Positions 31,033-39,725 of a stretch of DNA of 64,000 nucleotides are shown in pieces. Within the stretch, counting starts at the first letter, position 1, and every line of letters begins with the position of its first letter. The translations under genes and the position numbers were made by a program. A model generated the notes under the pieces. That model saw only the letters and a list, made by a program, of their open reading frames with translations. It was not told where the DNA came from and made no database searches. The DNA is from Arcobacteraceae bacterium (GTDB lineage: Bacteria > Campylobacterota > Campylobacteria > Campylobacterales > Arcobacteraceae): NCBI GenBank assembly GCA_965224485.1, contig CBDCZH010000010.1, positions 288,001-352,000 of the forward strand. The letters run 5' to 3'.

Positions 31033-31521
31033 ATGGAACATCTTTACTCTCCTTGGCGTTATGATTATGTAAGTGAAGAAAAAGTAGAAGGTTGTATTTT
31101 TTGTCATATTTCACAAAATATCTCTGATGAAAAACTTCAAGTTATTTTTCATGATGAATTTTGTTATGTTGTTATGAATAAGTTTCCTTATTCTCCTGGA
31201 CATATTATGGTAATACCTCACTTTCATACCTCCCAAGTTGAAGAGCTTGATGAAGAGATTTGGTTAGTTATGAGTAAAAGAGTTAAACAAGGGGTTAAAC
31301 TTCTTAAAGAAGTAATGCCAGCGCAAGGTGTTAATATTGGTATGAACTTAGGAAAAGCAGCGGGGGCTGGAATTGAACAGCATGTTCATTATCATCTTTT
31401 GCCACGTTGGAATGGAGATACTAATTTTATAACAAGTATTGCTAATACTAGAGTTTATCCAGCTGATTTTGAAAAAATATTTAAAACTTTTAAAGAAAAA
31501 GCAAAAGAGTACTTTATTTAA
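31033..31521 (+). CDS. HIT family protein (Ap4A phosphorylase-like)
   Basis: LYSPWR, CIFC, NKFPYSPGH, HVHYH. Confidence 0.9.
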   Translation: MEHLYSPWRYDYVSEEKVEGCIFCHISQNISDEKLQVIFHDEFCYVVMNKFPYSPGHIMVIPHFHTSQVEELDEEIWLVMSKRVKQGVKLLKEVMPAQGVNIGMNLGKAAGAGIEQHVHYHLLPRWNGDTNFITSIANTRVYPADFEKIFKTFKEKAKEYFI

Positions 31522-31780
31522 TTAGGTCTTGAATTTTATCATATACTTCTTTTGCATCTTGATTGCTAAGTTTTTTGCCGTTTATTTTATCTTCTTTTAT
31601 AACAAGAAGAATGTTTTGTAATTCAACTAAAAAACTCTCCATATCTTTAATCTCTTCAATATCTTCTAGGCTTGCTGTATTATTTTGTAATAAAAGATGT
31701 TTTTCTTCTATATAAGATTCTACTTGGGGAATTACAGCATTTTTTACAAGTTCTTTAAGTTTATTTTTGATTTCACTCAT
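31514..31780 (-). CDS. small acidic helical hypothetical protein (paralogue 2)
   Basis: VIPQVESYI...IKEDKI. Confidence 0.7.
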   Translation of the reverse strand: MSEIKNKLKELVKNAVIPQVESYIEEKHLLLQNNTASLEDIEEIKDMESFLVELQNILLVIKEDKINGKKLSNQDAKEVYDKIQDLIK

Positions 31781-31816
31781 TTTGATTCTTTGAATAATTT
31801 TTTTATTTTAATGAAA

Positions 31817-31904
31817 TGGCAGAGAGGAAGGGATTCGAACCCTCGGGGCTTTAACACCCACACGCATTCCAAGCGTGCGCCTTGGGCCACTCGACCACCT
31901 CTCT
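31817..31904 (-). tRNA. tRNA-Ser(GGA)
   Basis: AGAGAGG acceptor pairing with CCTCTCT-G-CCA; anticodon arm CACGC-TTGGAAT-GCGTG; long variable arm; GGTTCGAATC. Confidence 0.96.
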
Positions 31905-31973
31905 TTATTTAAGCCTTGAACTTTACAAGAATATGCCTTAAAGTAAGGGTATATTTACTCTAAAAAAATAATT

Positions 31974-32240
31974 TTAGTGTTTTTTACTATCTTCTACTAA
32001 TTGTAAAATATTTTCATATACTTCATGTGCTTCTTTATCTGTGATCTTATCTTCTTTTAAAGCTTTTAAAATAGCTTCTAACTCTTCTTGTAGTGAATAC
32101 ATCTCATCTAAAGCAAGAAGGTCATCAGGGCTATCTTCATTATCTTTTACAAGGGTATTTAATTCTTTTAAATAAGAATTTACCTCAGGTAATACAATTG
32201 TAGTTATTTCCTCTTCTAATTTTTTCTTAATATCATTCAT
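31974..32240 (-). CDS. small acidic helical hypothetical protein (paralogue 3)
   Basis: VLPEVNSYL...LKEDKI. Confidence 0.72.
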   Translation of the reverse strand: MNDIKKKLEEEITTIVLPEVNSYLKELNTLVKDNEDSPDDLLALDEMYSLQEELEAILKALKEDKITDKEAHEVYENILQLVEDSKKH

Positions 32241-32251
32241 TTTATTTTTCC

Positions 32252-32692
32252 TTAAAATACAAAACTTATATCTACAATATTTAAATTATACATATTTATT
32301 TTAACACCTTGTGAATCTATAATATTATACTCACAAGAATAATCATTAGGATTTTTTAAATCCATATTTTTAGTAACAAAAGCTTTAAACTTTTTCTCAT
32401 TTATTAAAGCATAAATAAACAAGGCTTTATTTTTAAAGTTTTCATTATTAATATACTTTTCAAATACCATAACATTTTGTACTTCATCATATTTATCAAT
32501 AAAGTATTTATTATATAAATCAATACCCTCATCTTTTTTTGCAAAATCACAAGAATTATACAAATAGTAGTCATCATTTACTAACTCAGCTAAAGCAGAA
32601 GATATAGTAAAAGAAGAATATTTCTTATATCCATTCTCATTAGATAATTCATATCTTTTTTCAATCATTGTATTCCTTAATAAAGAGTGCAA
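32252..32692 (-). CDS. hypothetical protein
   Basis: 146 aa ORF; AAGGA precedes the second Met (MIEKR), probably the true start. Confidence 0.65.
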   Translation of the reverse strand: MHSLLRNTMIEKRYELSNENGYKKYSSFTISSALAELVNDDYYLYNSCDFAKKDEGIDLYNKYFIDKYDEVQNVMVFEKYINNENFKNKALFIYALINEKKFKAFVTKNMDLKNPNDYSCEYNIIDSQGVKINMYNLNIVDISFVF

Positions 32693-32776
32693 GAATATAT
32701 AAACTATTCTTTAATATGTATTAGTTCAATATAAGTTTTAATATAATATAATTTATGAAATTATTTAAGGGTATCT

Positions 32777-33094
32777 ATGGCAGGAGTTTTTCCAATTTAT
32801 AATAAAGAGATTGTTGAATATAAAGGATATGCTGCTCCAATGGCTTGTGGAAATTGGGTAATGATCCATGAGCAAGTATTTGGAGGAAGAGAAATAGAAG
32901 TTACATTTGATACTAGTGCTTCTTCTCCCTCAACATTTACAGCTGAGATATCTATTGATACAAGTTTTAAACAAGTGACTTTAATATGTCCATGTACTTA
33001 TAAATTCTTAACGTCTGATTGTGCTTGTAAAACATTAGTTAGATTTAAAAGTCATTTTTTTGGACAATTTATAGATATAAGGGTTAAATCATAA
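32777..33094 (+). CDS. hypothetical Cys-rich protein resembling colicin Z C-terminal domain-related proteins
   Basis: GNWV, FDT...PSTF..EI, CAC, RFKSH..GQ pattern; family assignment from recall, not searched. Confidence 0.5.
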   Translation: MAGVFPIYNKEIVEYKGYAAPMACGNWVMIHEQVFGGREIEVTFDTSASSPSTFTAEISIDTSFKQVTLICPCTYKFLTSDCACKTLVRFKSHFFGQFIDIRVKS

Positions 33095-33474
33095 TGAAAT
33101 ATTTATTTATCTTTTTTATTGTATTATTTTTTGCTTCTTGCACTTCTAAGTCAATTAGTGGTTTCTACACAAATAACGACTCCCTTGTTTTTACTTGTAA
33201 TGATATTATTAGTGCAAGCCCTTATCAAAATAAAAAAGGAATTATATTTGTAGATGTTAAATTTACTAAAGAAGGTTTAAATAAAATATGTAACTTTACA
33301 AAAACTCATAATGGTGAAAAATTTGATTTTAAAGTTAATGGGAATTCTGTTGCATCAAATATTTTGATTAGGGAAGCCATCAGTTGTAATAATAACGGAG
33401 TTTCTCCTGCTCCTATAATTTTTAATAATGCGGAAAATGTTTATTTATTTAAAAAAAGTGTTTGCTTAAAATAA
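33094..33474 (+). CDS. lipoprotein with SecDF P1-head-like domain
   Basis: lipobox FASC; FTKEG...FTKTHNG...VNG...IREAI pattern. Confidence 0.6.
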   Translation: MKYLFIFFIVLFFASCTSKSISGFYTNNDSLVFTCNDIISASPYQNKKGIIFVDVKFTKEGLNKICNFTKTHNGEKFDFKVNGNSVASNILIREAISCNNNGVSPAPIIFNNAENVYLFKKSVCLK

Positions 33475-33836
33475 TGTTTAGATTTTTATTACCTTTTATA
33501 TTTTTAGTAGGGGTATCAGCTAAAAGCAATAACACCTTCTTTGTAGTTAACGATAGTATGAGTATAGATTGTACTGATATTATTGAAGTGGATACACCAA
33601 CAAAATGGGGTATTAGAGTCATGCTTAACGAAAAAGGAAATCAAAAGTTCTATAAGATCTTTAGAGGTAATATAGGAAAAGACTTAGGCTTGAAAGTGGG
33701 AGATAAGGTGATATTCTTCAATGCAACAATAAGAGCTAGTGCACTAGAGAAAGGCTTAAGTAAATATAAGACACTAAGTACAAGAAGCTTAGAAGATGCA
33801 GAACTTCTAAAAGAGAGCTTTGGAACTTGTAAATGA
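33462..33836 (+). CDS. secreted protein with SecDF P1-head-like domain, paralogue of the previous gene
   Basis: signal peptide; C.DII, LNEKG..KF...NIGK.LGL.VG...ATIR, terminal Cys shared with neighbour. Confidence 0.6.
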   Translation: MLKIMFRFLLPFIFLVGVSAKSNNTFFVVNDSMSIDCTDIIEVDTPTKWGIRVMLNEKGNQKFYKIFRGNIGKDLGLKVGDKVIFFNATIRASALEKGLSKYKTLSTRSLEDAELLKESFGTCK

Positions 33837-33955
33837 TGAATAAAAGTCCTAAAAGTATATTGATTTAAGTTAAAGTTACTAATTAGTGCCTGACATTAAT
33901 TTATACCTTTATTAGTTTTTTTATTAAAATAGTTTTAAATAACTGGTATTTGCTC

Positions 33956-34176
33956 TTGTAAACTTTCAGTTCCCGCTTTCTTACTTTTGTATTGACAAAA
34001 AGTAAGCAAAAACAACTACTGTTTCGGAGGTCTTCGACTACCTAAAGTTTTTTTATTAATTTACTTAAAAATAAGAACTCATTAAAATATGCTCCCAGCA
34101 TATTTCTTCACATTCAAACAATTATTTTTGGGTTACGTAAAGAAATAAAAAAACTTTAGCTCCTGCAAATGTAGCA
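33956..34176 (-). repeat. structured repeat unit A (candidate ncRNA/ssDNA element)
   Basis: reverse complement aligns motif by motif with units B and C. Confidence 0.7.
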
Positions 34177-34289
34177 ATCAACGGAATGATTTTTTGTCTG
34201 CTAAAGCAGATATAGTTCTAATACATATTTGTTAATACACTTTTAAGAGGTATTTGAATTATTGGATACTACAACAACTTGCTCTTTTC

Positions 34290-34585
34290 CTGCCTTTGAG
34301 GAAGCTAGAGTTTGAGAGTTTATTTTCGGTAACAAGCGAAGCATGTTTGACCGTTAAAAAAGATGCCGTAAAGGCATGTTTTAGGGAATTCTGTAGCGCA
34401 GAGAAACAATGGAAAACTTATGCTCTTTAGCATAAGGCAAACCTTGTGCGTTAATTCTCGAACTCTAGGTACCCGGAGGGCTTCATCAACCGGCAGTCGA
34501 CTTTTTTGTTTCTTTTTGATCGACAAAAAAAGATGCCTGAGCATAGCGATACAATCCTGTAAGGGAAAAAGCGCGAAGGTTTACA
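34290..34585 (+). repeat. structured repeat unit B (with internal hairpin insertions)
   Basis: nested stems CTGCC/GGCAG, GAAGC/GCTTC, TAGAGTT/AACTCTA; direct repeat of unit C. Confidence 0.8.
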
Positions 34586-34857
34586 TTTGAAAGAGTTCTA
34601 AAAGTATATTGTTTTAAGGTTAAGTTAAGAAAAGTTACTAATTAGTGCCTGCTACCAATTCAATTTTCTTGCTTAGCCACAAAACTTACTCACGAGGTTT
34701 GCCTTGTGCTAAAGAGCACAAGTTTTCCCTGTTCCCCTGCAAATGTAGCATTTCAACGGAATAATCTTTTGTCTGCTAAAGCAGATATAGTTTGAAGACA
34801 TATTTATTCAAGATATTTTTATTAAGTTTGTTGGTCTTTAAACTATATTCTCTTTCT

Positions 34858-35077
34858 CTGCCTTTGCTGAAGCTAGAGTTTGAGAGTTTATTTTCGGTAA
34901 CAAGTGAGGACTGTTTGAGCGTTAAAAAAGGTGACTAGATGTCACGTTTTAGAGAGTTCCGCAACGCAGAAAATAGACTTTTAAACTCTAGGTACCCGAA
35001 GGGCTTCATCAACCGGGCAGTCGCTTCTTTTGTTTCGTTTCTTTCGATAAAGAAAAGAAAAAGGCGCGAAGGTTCAC
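34858..35077 (+). repeat. structured repeat unit C
   Basis: same nested stems as unit B with compensatory changes. Confidence 0.8.
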
Positions 35078-35234
35078 CTTTGTAAGAGCTCTAAAAGTTA
35101 GGAATGATATAAAAGTATCTAAAAAAATTTACTTTAGGGTAAAAAAAAGGGGTGGGAAGAATAAGAAGGTTAAAAGAGGTGTTAATTTGTAACTATTAGT
35201 TTTGGTATAATTATTCAGTAATTAAAGGATAAAA

Positions 35235-36338
35235 ATGAGAGAAAATATTTTTAAGATTATTGATAAGAATACTTGCATGGTTAAAAATGAAAGATATTGT
35301 ATTACTTTAAATTCTGAAGATGAAGAAAGAGAAATATATATAAAAAAGGGATCTTCTTTTGTAAAAGTATATAAATTAATTGAACATGAAGAACAAATAA
35401 AAAGAAGGATTAATAGTGCTAATGATTCCATTCTTGATTTTTCTCATTGTATAATTACAATAGACTGTGATTTTTCAAATAAAGAATTTAAGCATGGAGT
35501 AGATTTTAGCTTTAGTATAATCGACAATATCCATTTTAATGAATCTATTTTTTTTGAAGATTCAAATTTTGATTATACTCATTTTAGTTCGAAGGTAGAA
35601 TTTAGTGGGGCAGTTTTTGAAAAAAAAGCTAACTTTAGAGGAGCTTTATTTGATGATGAATGTACTTTTAAAGATTCAGTATTTAAAAATTATGCTAATT
35701 TTAGTCCTTGTATTGCTTCATCTATTAGTTTTTTTAATGCGTCATTTAATACTGGTATTGAATTAAGAGAATCAAAGATTAAGAAACTTAATTTTTCAAA
35801 AGTAACACTAAGTAATGAATCTCAAATTGATTTCCATTCATCGGAAATTGATATTTTAAAATATAGAAGTACAGACTTTAAAAACTTCAAAAATATTGCA
35901 ACCATCTCTATTTTTAAAGAAGAATGTCTAAAGAACCACGATAATATAAATGCATTAAAGTTTTATAAAAAAGAAATGGTAGCACATAAACATGAGGTCA
36001 AGGGTATTGATTGGTTTATTCTGAAAGTTGAAGAATGTGTAAGTAATTTTGGTACAGATCCTTTACGACCACTTTTAATAATGTTTAGTATTTCTTTTAT
36101 CTTTGCATATTTTTTACCTGAATCTACAGATAGTTGGAGTAATTACTTTTCAAATATAGTATTACTTTTGAATCCTACATCAACAATTAGTAGTATTCTT
36201 ACAATATTTGATATAAAAGCTTCCTGTGTATCAAATTTACATGTTCTTGAGGCTACAAATTTTTTAAAGAATATTTTATTTGGGATTTTAATTTATGAGA
36301 CTATTAAATCATTTAGAAAATTCTCACGTAAATTGTAA
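35235..36338 (+). CDS. pentapeptide-repeat protein with C-terminal membrane helices
   Basis: F..A.F periodicity (FSGAVFEKKANFRGALF); SNFGTDPLRP followed by TM segments; upstream TGgTATAAT and AAGGA. Confidence 0.75.
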   Translation: MRENIFKIIDKNTCMVKNERYCITLNSEDEEREIYIKKGSSFVKVYKLIEHEEQIKRRINSANDSILDFSHCIITIDCDFSNKEFKHGVDFSFSIIDNIHFNESIFFEDSNFDYTHFSSKVEFSGAVFEKKANFRGALFDDECTFKDSVFKNYANFSPCIASSISFFNASFNTGIELRESKIKKLNFSKVTLSNESQIDFHSSEIDILKYRSTDFKNFKNIATISIFKEECLKNHDNINALKFYKKEMVAHKHEVKGIDWFILKVEECVSNFGTDPLRPLLIMFSISFIFAYFLPESTDSWSNYFSNIVLLLNPTSTISSILTIFDIKASCVSNLHVLEATNFLKNILFGILIYETIKSFRKFSRKL

Positions 36339-36704
36339 ATATCAATTTATTAATTATATAAAAATGATTAATTTGTACTCAGAAATTTGATATATTTTCT
36401 GTAAAAAATTGAAAATATATCTATTTATTCTCTTAATATTATCAAAAAAATAAAATAAAATTATTTTTTATCTTGACATAAATTAAATTCTATTGTAAAA
36501 CTTTAAATATATGTTTTTTTAATCTAAGCCTTATATACTAAGAAAGCTAATTTTTAATGTAATTATATTTTCCTTATAAAAAGGACAAGTGTTTATTATT
36601 TTTTCTTTTTTTCTTTTTTTCTTAAATCTTGTACAAAATGTACATAGTTATCCTTTATAAAAGGAAAGAAATATAGTAATATTTTGCGATAAAGCCCATA
36701 AGTA

Positions 36705-36733
36705 TTGACATCTAGACCTAAATAAGTTATAAT
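36705..36733 (+). promoter_or_regulatory. S10 operon sigma70 promoter
   Basis: TTGACA 36705-36710, 17 bp, TATAAT 36728-36733, GC-rich discriminator CCGCG. Confidence 0.85.
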
Positions 36734-36799
36734 CCGCGTTCACTAAATGTGGTTAGGGTACGTTTTACGTAGATCTAACGAGTTCTTTAAAGGAAATAA

Positions 36800-37114
36800 A
36801 TGGAAAAAATTAGATTAAAGCTTAAAGCTTATGATCATAGAGTTTTAGACAGAAGTGTTGCTTCAATTGTGGAAGCTGTAAAAAGAACTGGTGCTGAGTT
36901 AAGAGGTCCTATACCTCTTCCAACGAAGATCAGAAGATATACAGTAATCAGAGGACCTCACGTTAACAAAAGTTCACGAGAGCAATTTGAAATTAGAGTT
37001 CACTCTAGAATGATTGATATCATTGCAGCGACTCCAGATACGGTAGATTCATTAATGAAATTAGACTTAGCTCCTGAAGTTGATGTTGAAGTTCGTTCAA
37101 TGGGTAAAGAATAG
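36800..37114 (+). CDS. rpsJ: 30S ribosomal protein S10
   Basis: [18 protein letters not shown]. Confidence 0.97.
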   Translation: MEKIRLKLKAYDHRVLDRSVASIVEAVKRTGAELRGPIPLPTKIRRYTVIRGPHVNKSSREQFEIRVHSRMIDIIAATPDTVDSLMKLDLAPEVDVEVRSMGKE

Positions 37115-37128
37115 AAGAAAGGTAAAGA

Positions 37129-37704
37129 ATGGAATTCATAGTAGAAAAAATCGGTATGAGTAGAACTGTTTCAGTTCCAGCTGTTCCTGTTACACTTTTA
37201 AAAGTTCTTGATACAAAAGTATGTGAAGTTACTGAGGGTGTTGCAATTGTTTCTTATTCGTCTGGTAAAAAGATGAACAAAACAATTGAAGGTAAACAAA
37301 AAAAGTATAACTTATCTAAAGAGTTTAATAGATTTGCAACTACAACTGTTGCTAACACAGAAGCTGGTGACTTAAATGTTGCAGTTTTAAGTGAAGCTAA
37401 AGTTGTAAGAGCTACTTTTACTACAAAAGGTAGAGGTTTTGCTGGAGTTGTAAAAAGATGGAACTTTGCAGGTGGACGTGCATCACACGGTCATAGAATG
37501 GGTAGAAGAACTGGTTCTATTGGTAATGCTGAGTGGCCTGGTAGAGTACAACCAGGTAAGAAAATGCCAGGACATTACGGAAATACAACAAACTCTGTTA
37601 AAAATGATATTTTGTCATTTGACGCAGAAACTGGTATTTTAGTTCTTAAAGGTTCAATTTCTGGTCCAAATGGTGGATTAGGTAGAGTAAGGATTGCTAA
37701 ATGA
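37129..37704 (+). CDS. rplC: 50S ribosomal protein L3
   Basis: [21 protein letters not shown]; operon order. Confidence 0.96.
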   Translation: MEFIVEKIGMSRTVSVPAVPVTLLKVLDTKVCEVTEGVAIVSYSSGKKMNKTIEGKQKKYNLSKEFNRFATTTVANTEAGDLNVAVLSEAKVVRATFTTKGRGFAGVVKRWNFAGGRASHGHRMGRRTGSIGNAEWPGRVQPGKKMPGHYGNTTNSVKNDILSFDAETGILVLKGSISGPNGGLGRVRIAK

Positions 37705-38315
37705 GTAAAGCAACAGTATTAACAAAAACATATGCAGTAAGTAAGACAAATATTGAATTACCTGCTAAATATGATGAAATTAACTCTCACAACTTATATT
37801 TATATGTTAAATCATATTTATCAGGTTTAAGAGCTAATACTGCTAGAGTTAAAAACAGAAGCGAAGTAAGAGGTGGTGGTAAGAAACCTAAGGCTCAAAA
37901 AGGTTCTGGTGGAGCTAGATGGGGATCAATGAGATCACCATTATTTGTTGGTGGTGGACAAGTTTTTGGACCAAGTGCTAGAAACTACAACCAAAAAATC
38001 AACAAAAAACAAAAAGTTTTAGCTTTACAATATGCTTTAAACGAGCAAGCTAAAAATGGTACTTTATTTGCTATTGATTCAATTACGGTTGAATCTGGTA
38101 AAACTAAAGACGCAGTTGCAATCATGACTAAACTAAACAAAAGAGATACATTAATTGTAGTTGATACAATTAGTGAAAAAACTTACTTATCGTTTAGAAA
38201 CATCAAAAATTGTTATATGATAGAAAAACAAGAAGTAAATGCTTACTTAATTTCTGCATATCATTCAGTACTAATTGAAAAATCAGTGCTTGAAGCATTA
38301 ACAAAAGAGGCGTAA
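37701..38315 (+). CDS. rplD: 50S ribosomal protein L4
   Basis: [19 protein letters not shown]. Confidence 0.96.
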   Translation: MSKATVLTKTYAVSKTNIELPAKYDEINSHNLYLYVKSYLSGLRANTARVKNRSEVRGGGKKPKAQKGSGGARWGSMRSPLFVGGGQVFGPSARNYNQKINKKQKVLALQYALNEQAKNGTLFAIDSITVESGKTKDAVAIMTKLNKRDTLIVVDTISEKTYLSFRNIKNCYMIEKQEVNAYLISAYHSVLIEKSVLEALTKEA

Positions 38316-38316
38316 C

Positions 38317-38598
38317 ATGGCTGATATTACAGATATAAAAGCAATATTATATACGGAAAAAACAATTGAACTACAAGAGAGTGGTGTGATTGTTGTGCAA
38401 ACTAGTACTAGAATGACTAAGAATGGTTTGAAAGAAGTTTTTAAAGAGTATTTTGGAGTTACACCTACAAAAGTTAATTCTTTAAGACAAAAAGGTAAAG
38501 TTAAAAGATTTAAAGGGAAACTAGGTTCTAGACCAGATTTCAAAAAATTCTATGTAACATTACCAGAGGGCGCTGAAATAGCGAACCTTTCAGCTTAA
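38317..38598 (+). CDS. rplW: 50S ribosomal protein L23
   Basis: [18 protein letters not shown]. Confidence 0.95.
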   Translation: MADITDIKAILYTEKTIELQESGVIVVQTSTRMTKNGLKEVFKEYFGVTPTKVNSLRQKGKVKRFKGKLGSRPDFKKFYVTLPEGAEIANLSA

Positions 38599-38608
38599 GG
38601 AGATATGA

Positions 38609-39436
38609 ATGGCAATTAAAAAATTTAGACCAATAACTCCTGCAAGAAGATTTATGTCAGTTATGGATACTTCTGATATTACTTCTAAACCAACTGTTAG
38701 ATCTCTTATTAAAAGAGTAAAAGCAAGTGCGGGTAGAAATAATAACGGTAGAATCACTTCAAGACATAAAGAAGCGGGTGCTAAAAAGTTATATAGAATT
38801 ATTGATTTCAAAAGAGATAAATTTGGTATAGAGGGAACTATTTCAACTATTGAGTATGACCCATACAGAAACTGTAGAATTTGTTTAGTAACTTATGCTG
38901 ATGGTGCGAAGACTTATATCTTACAAGCTTCTGGACTTAAAGTTGGAGATAAAATTCAATCTGCTGAATCTGGATTAGATATTCTACCTGGTAATGCAAT
39001 GAGACTTATTAACATTCCTATTGGAACAATGGTTCATAATATTGAGATGAAACCTGGTAAAGGTGGGCAAATTGCTCGTTCTGCTGGTGGATATGCTCAA
39101 ATTATGGGTAGAGAAGATAGATATGTTGTTCTTAGATTACCATCTGGTGAAATGAGAAAAATTCTTTCTGTTTGTATAGCTACAATTGGTATTGTTGGGA
39201 ATGAAGATTTCTCTAACATGGTAATTGGTAAAGCTGGTCGTTCTAGACACTTAGGTAAAAGACCACAAACAAGAGGATCTGCAATGAATCCTATTGATCA
39301 CCCTCATGGTGGTGGTGAAGGTAAGACTAACTCTGGAAGACATCCTGTTTCTCCATGGGGTATGCCAACTAAAGGTTATAAAACTAGAAAGAAAAAAGCT
39401 AGTGATAAACTAATCATTTCAAGAAAAAAGAAGTAA
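38609..39436 (+). CDS. rplB: 50S ribosomal protein L2
   Basis: [22 protein letters not shown]. Confidence 0.97.
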   Translation: MAIKKFRPITPARRFMSVMDTSDITSKPTVRSLIKRVKASAGRNNNGRITSRHKEAGAKKLYRIIDFKRDKFGIEGTISTIEYDPYRNCRICLVTYADGAKTYILQASGLKVGDKIQSAESGLDILPGNAMRLINIPIGTMVHNIEMKPGKGGQIARSAGGYAQIMGREDRYVVLRLPSGEMRKILSVCIATIGIVGNEDFSNMVIGKAGRSRHLGKRPQTRGSAMNPIDHPHGGGEGKTNSGRHPVSPWGMPTKGYKTRKKKASDKLIISRKKK

Positions 39437-39445
39437 GGGTATAAA

Positions 39446-39724
39446 ATGGCAAGATCAATAAAAAAAGGTCCATTTGTAGATGCACACCTAATGAAAAAAA
39501 TTATCAAAGCTAATGAAAGCAATGATAAGAAACCAATTAAAACTTGGTCAAGAAGATCAATGGTGTTACCAGATATGATCGGACTTACATTCAATGTTCA
39601 TAATGGAAGAAATTTCATTCCTGTAAATGTTACAGAAAATCATGTTGGATATAAACTAGGTGAATTCGCACCAACTAGAACGTTCAGAGGCCATAAAGGT
39701 TCTGTTCAGAAGAAGGTAGGTTAA
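39446..39724 (+). CDS. rpsS: 30S ribosomal protein S19
   Basis: [19 protein letters not shown]. Confidence 0.97.
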   Translation: MARSIKKGPFVDAHLMKKIIKANESNDKKPIKTWSRRSMVLPDMIGLTFNVHNGRNFIPVNVTENHVGYKLGEFAPTRTFRGHKGSVQKKVG

Positions 39725-39725
39725 G

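Noticed and set aside
34320..34544. 74-aa minus-strand ORF inside unit B
   Set aside because: Frame is not preserved in units A and C and there is no recognisable protein; conservation follows base pairing
33843..35098. CRISPR array, integron attC array or group II intron
   Set aside because: No equal-length repeat-spacer pattern, no cas or integrase gene, no recognisable domain V, and the units do not alternate with ORFs
31817..36338. Integrative element at tRNA-Ser
   Set aside because: No integrase, no duplicated tRNA 3' end seen, and the accessory genes lie on the 5' side of the tRNA
36599..36624. T-rich run with spaced C residues upstream of the S10 promoter
   Set aside because: Low complexity typical of AT-rich promoter regions
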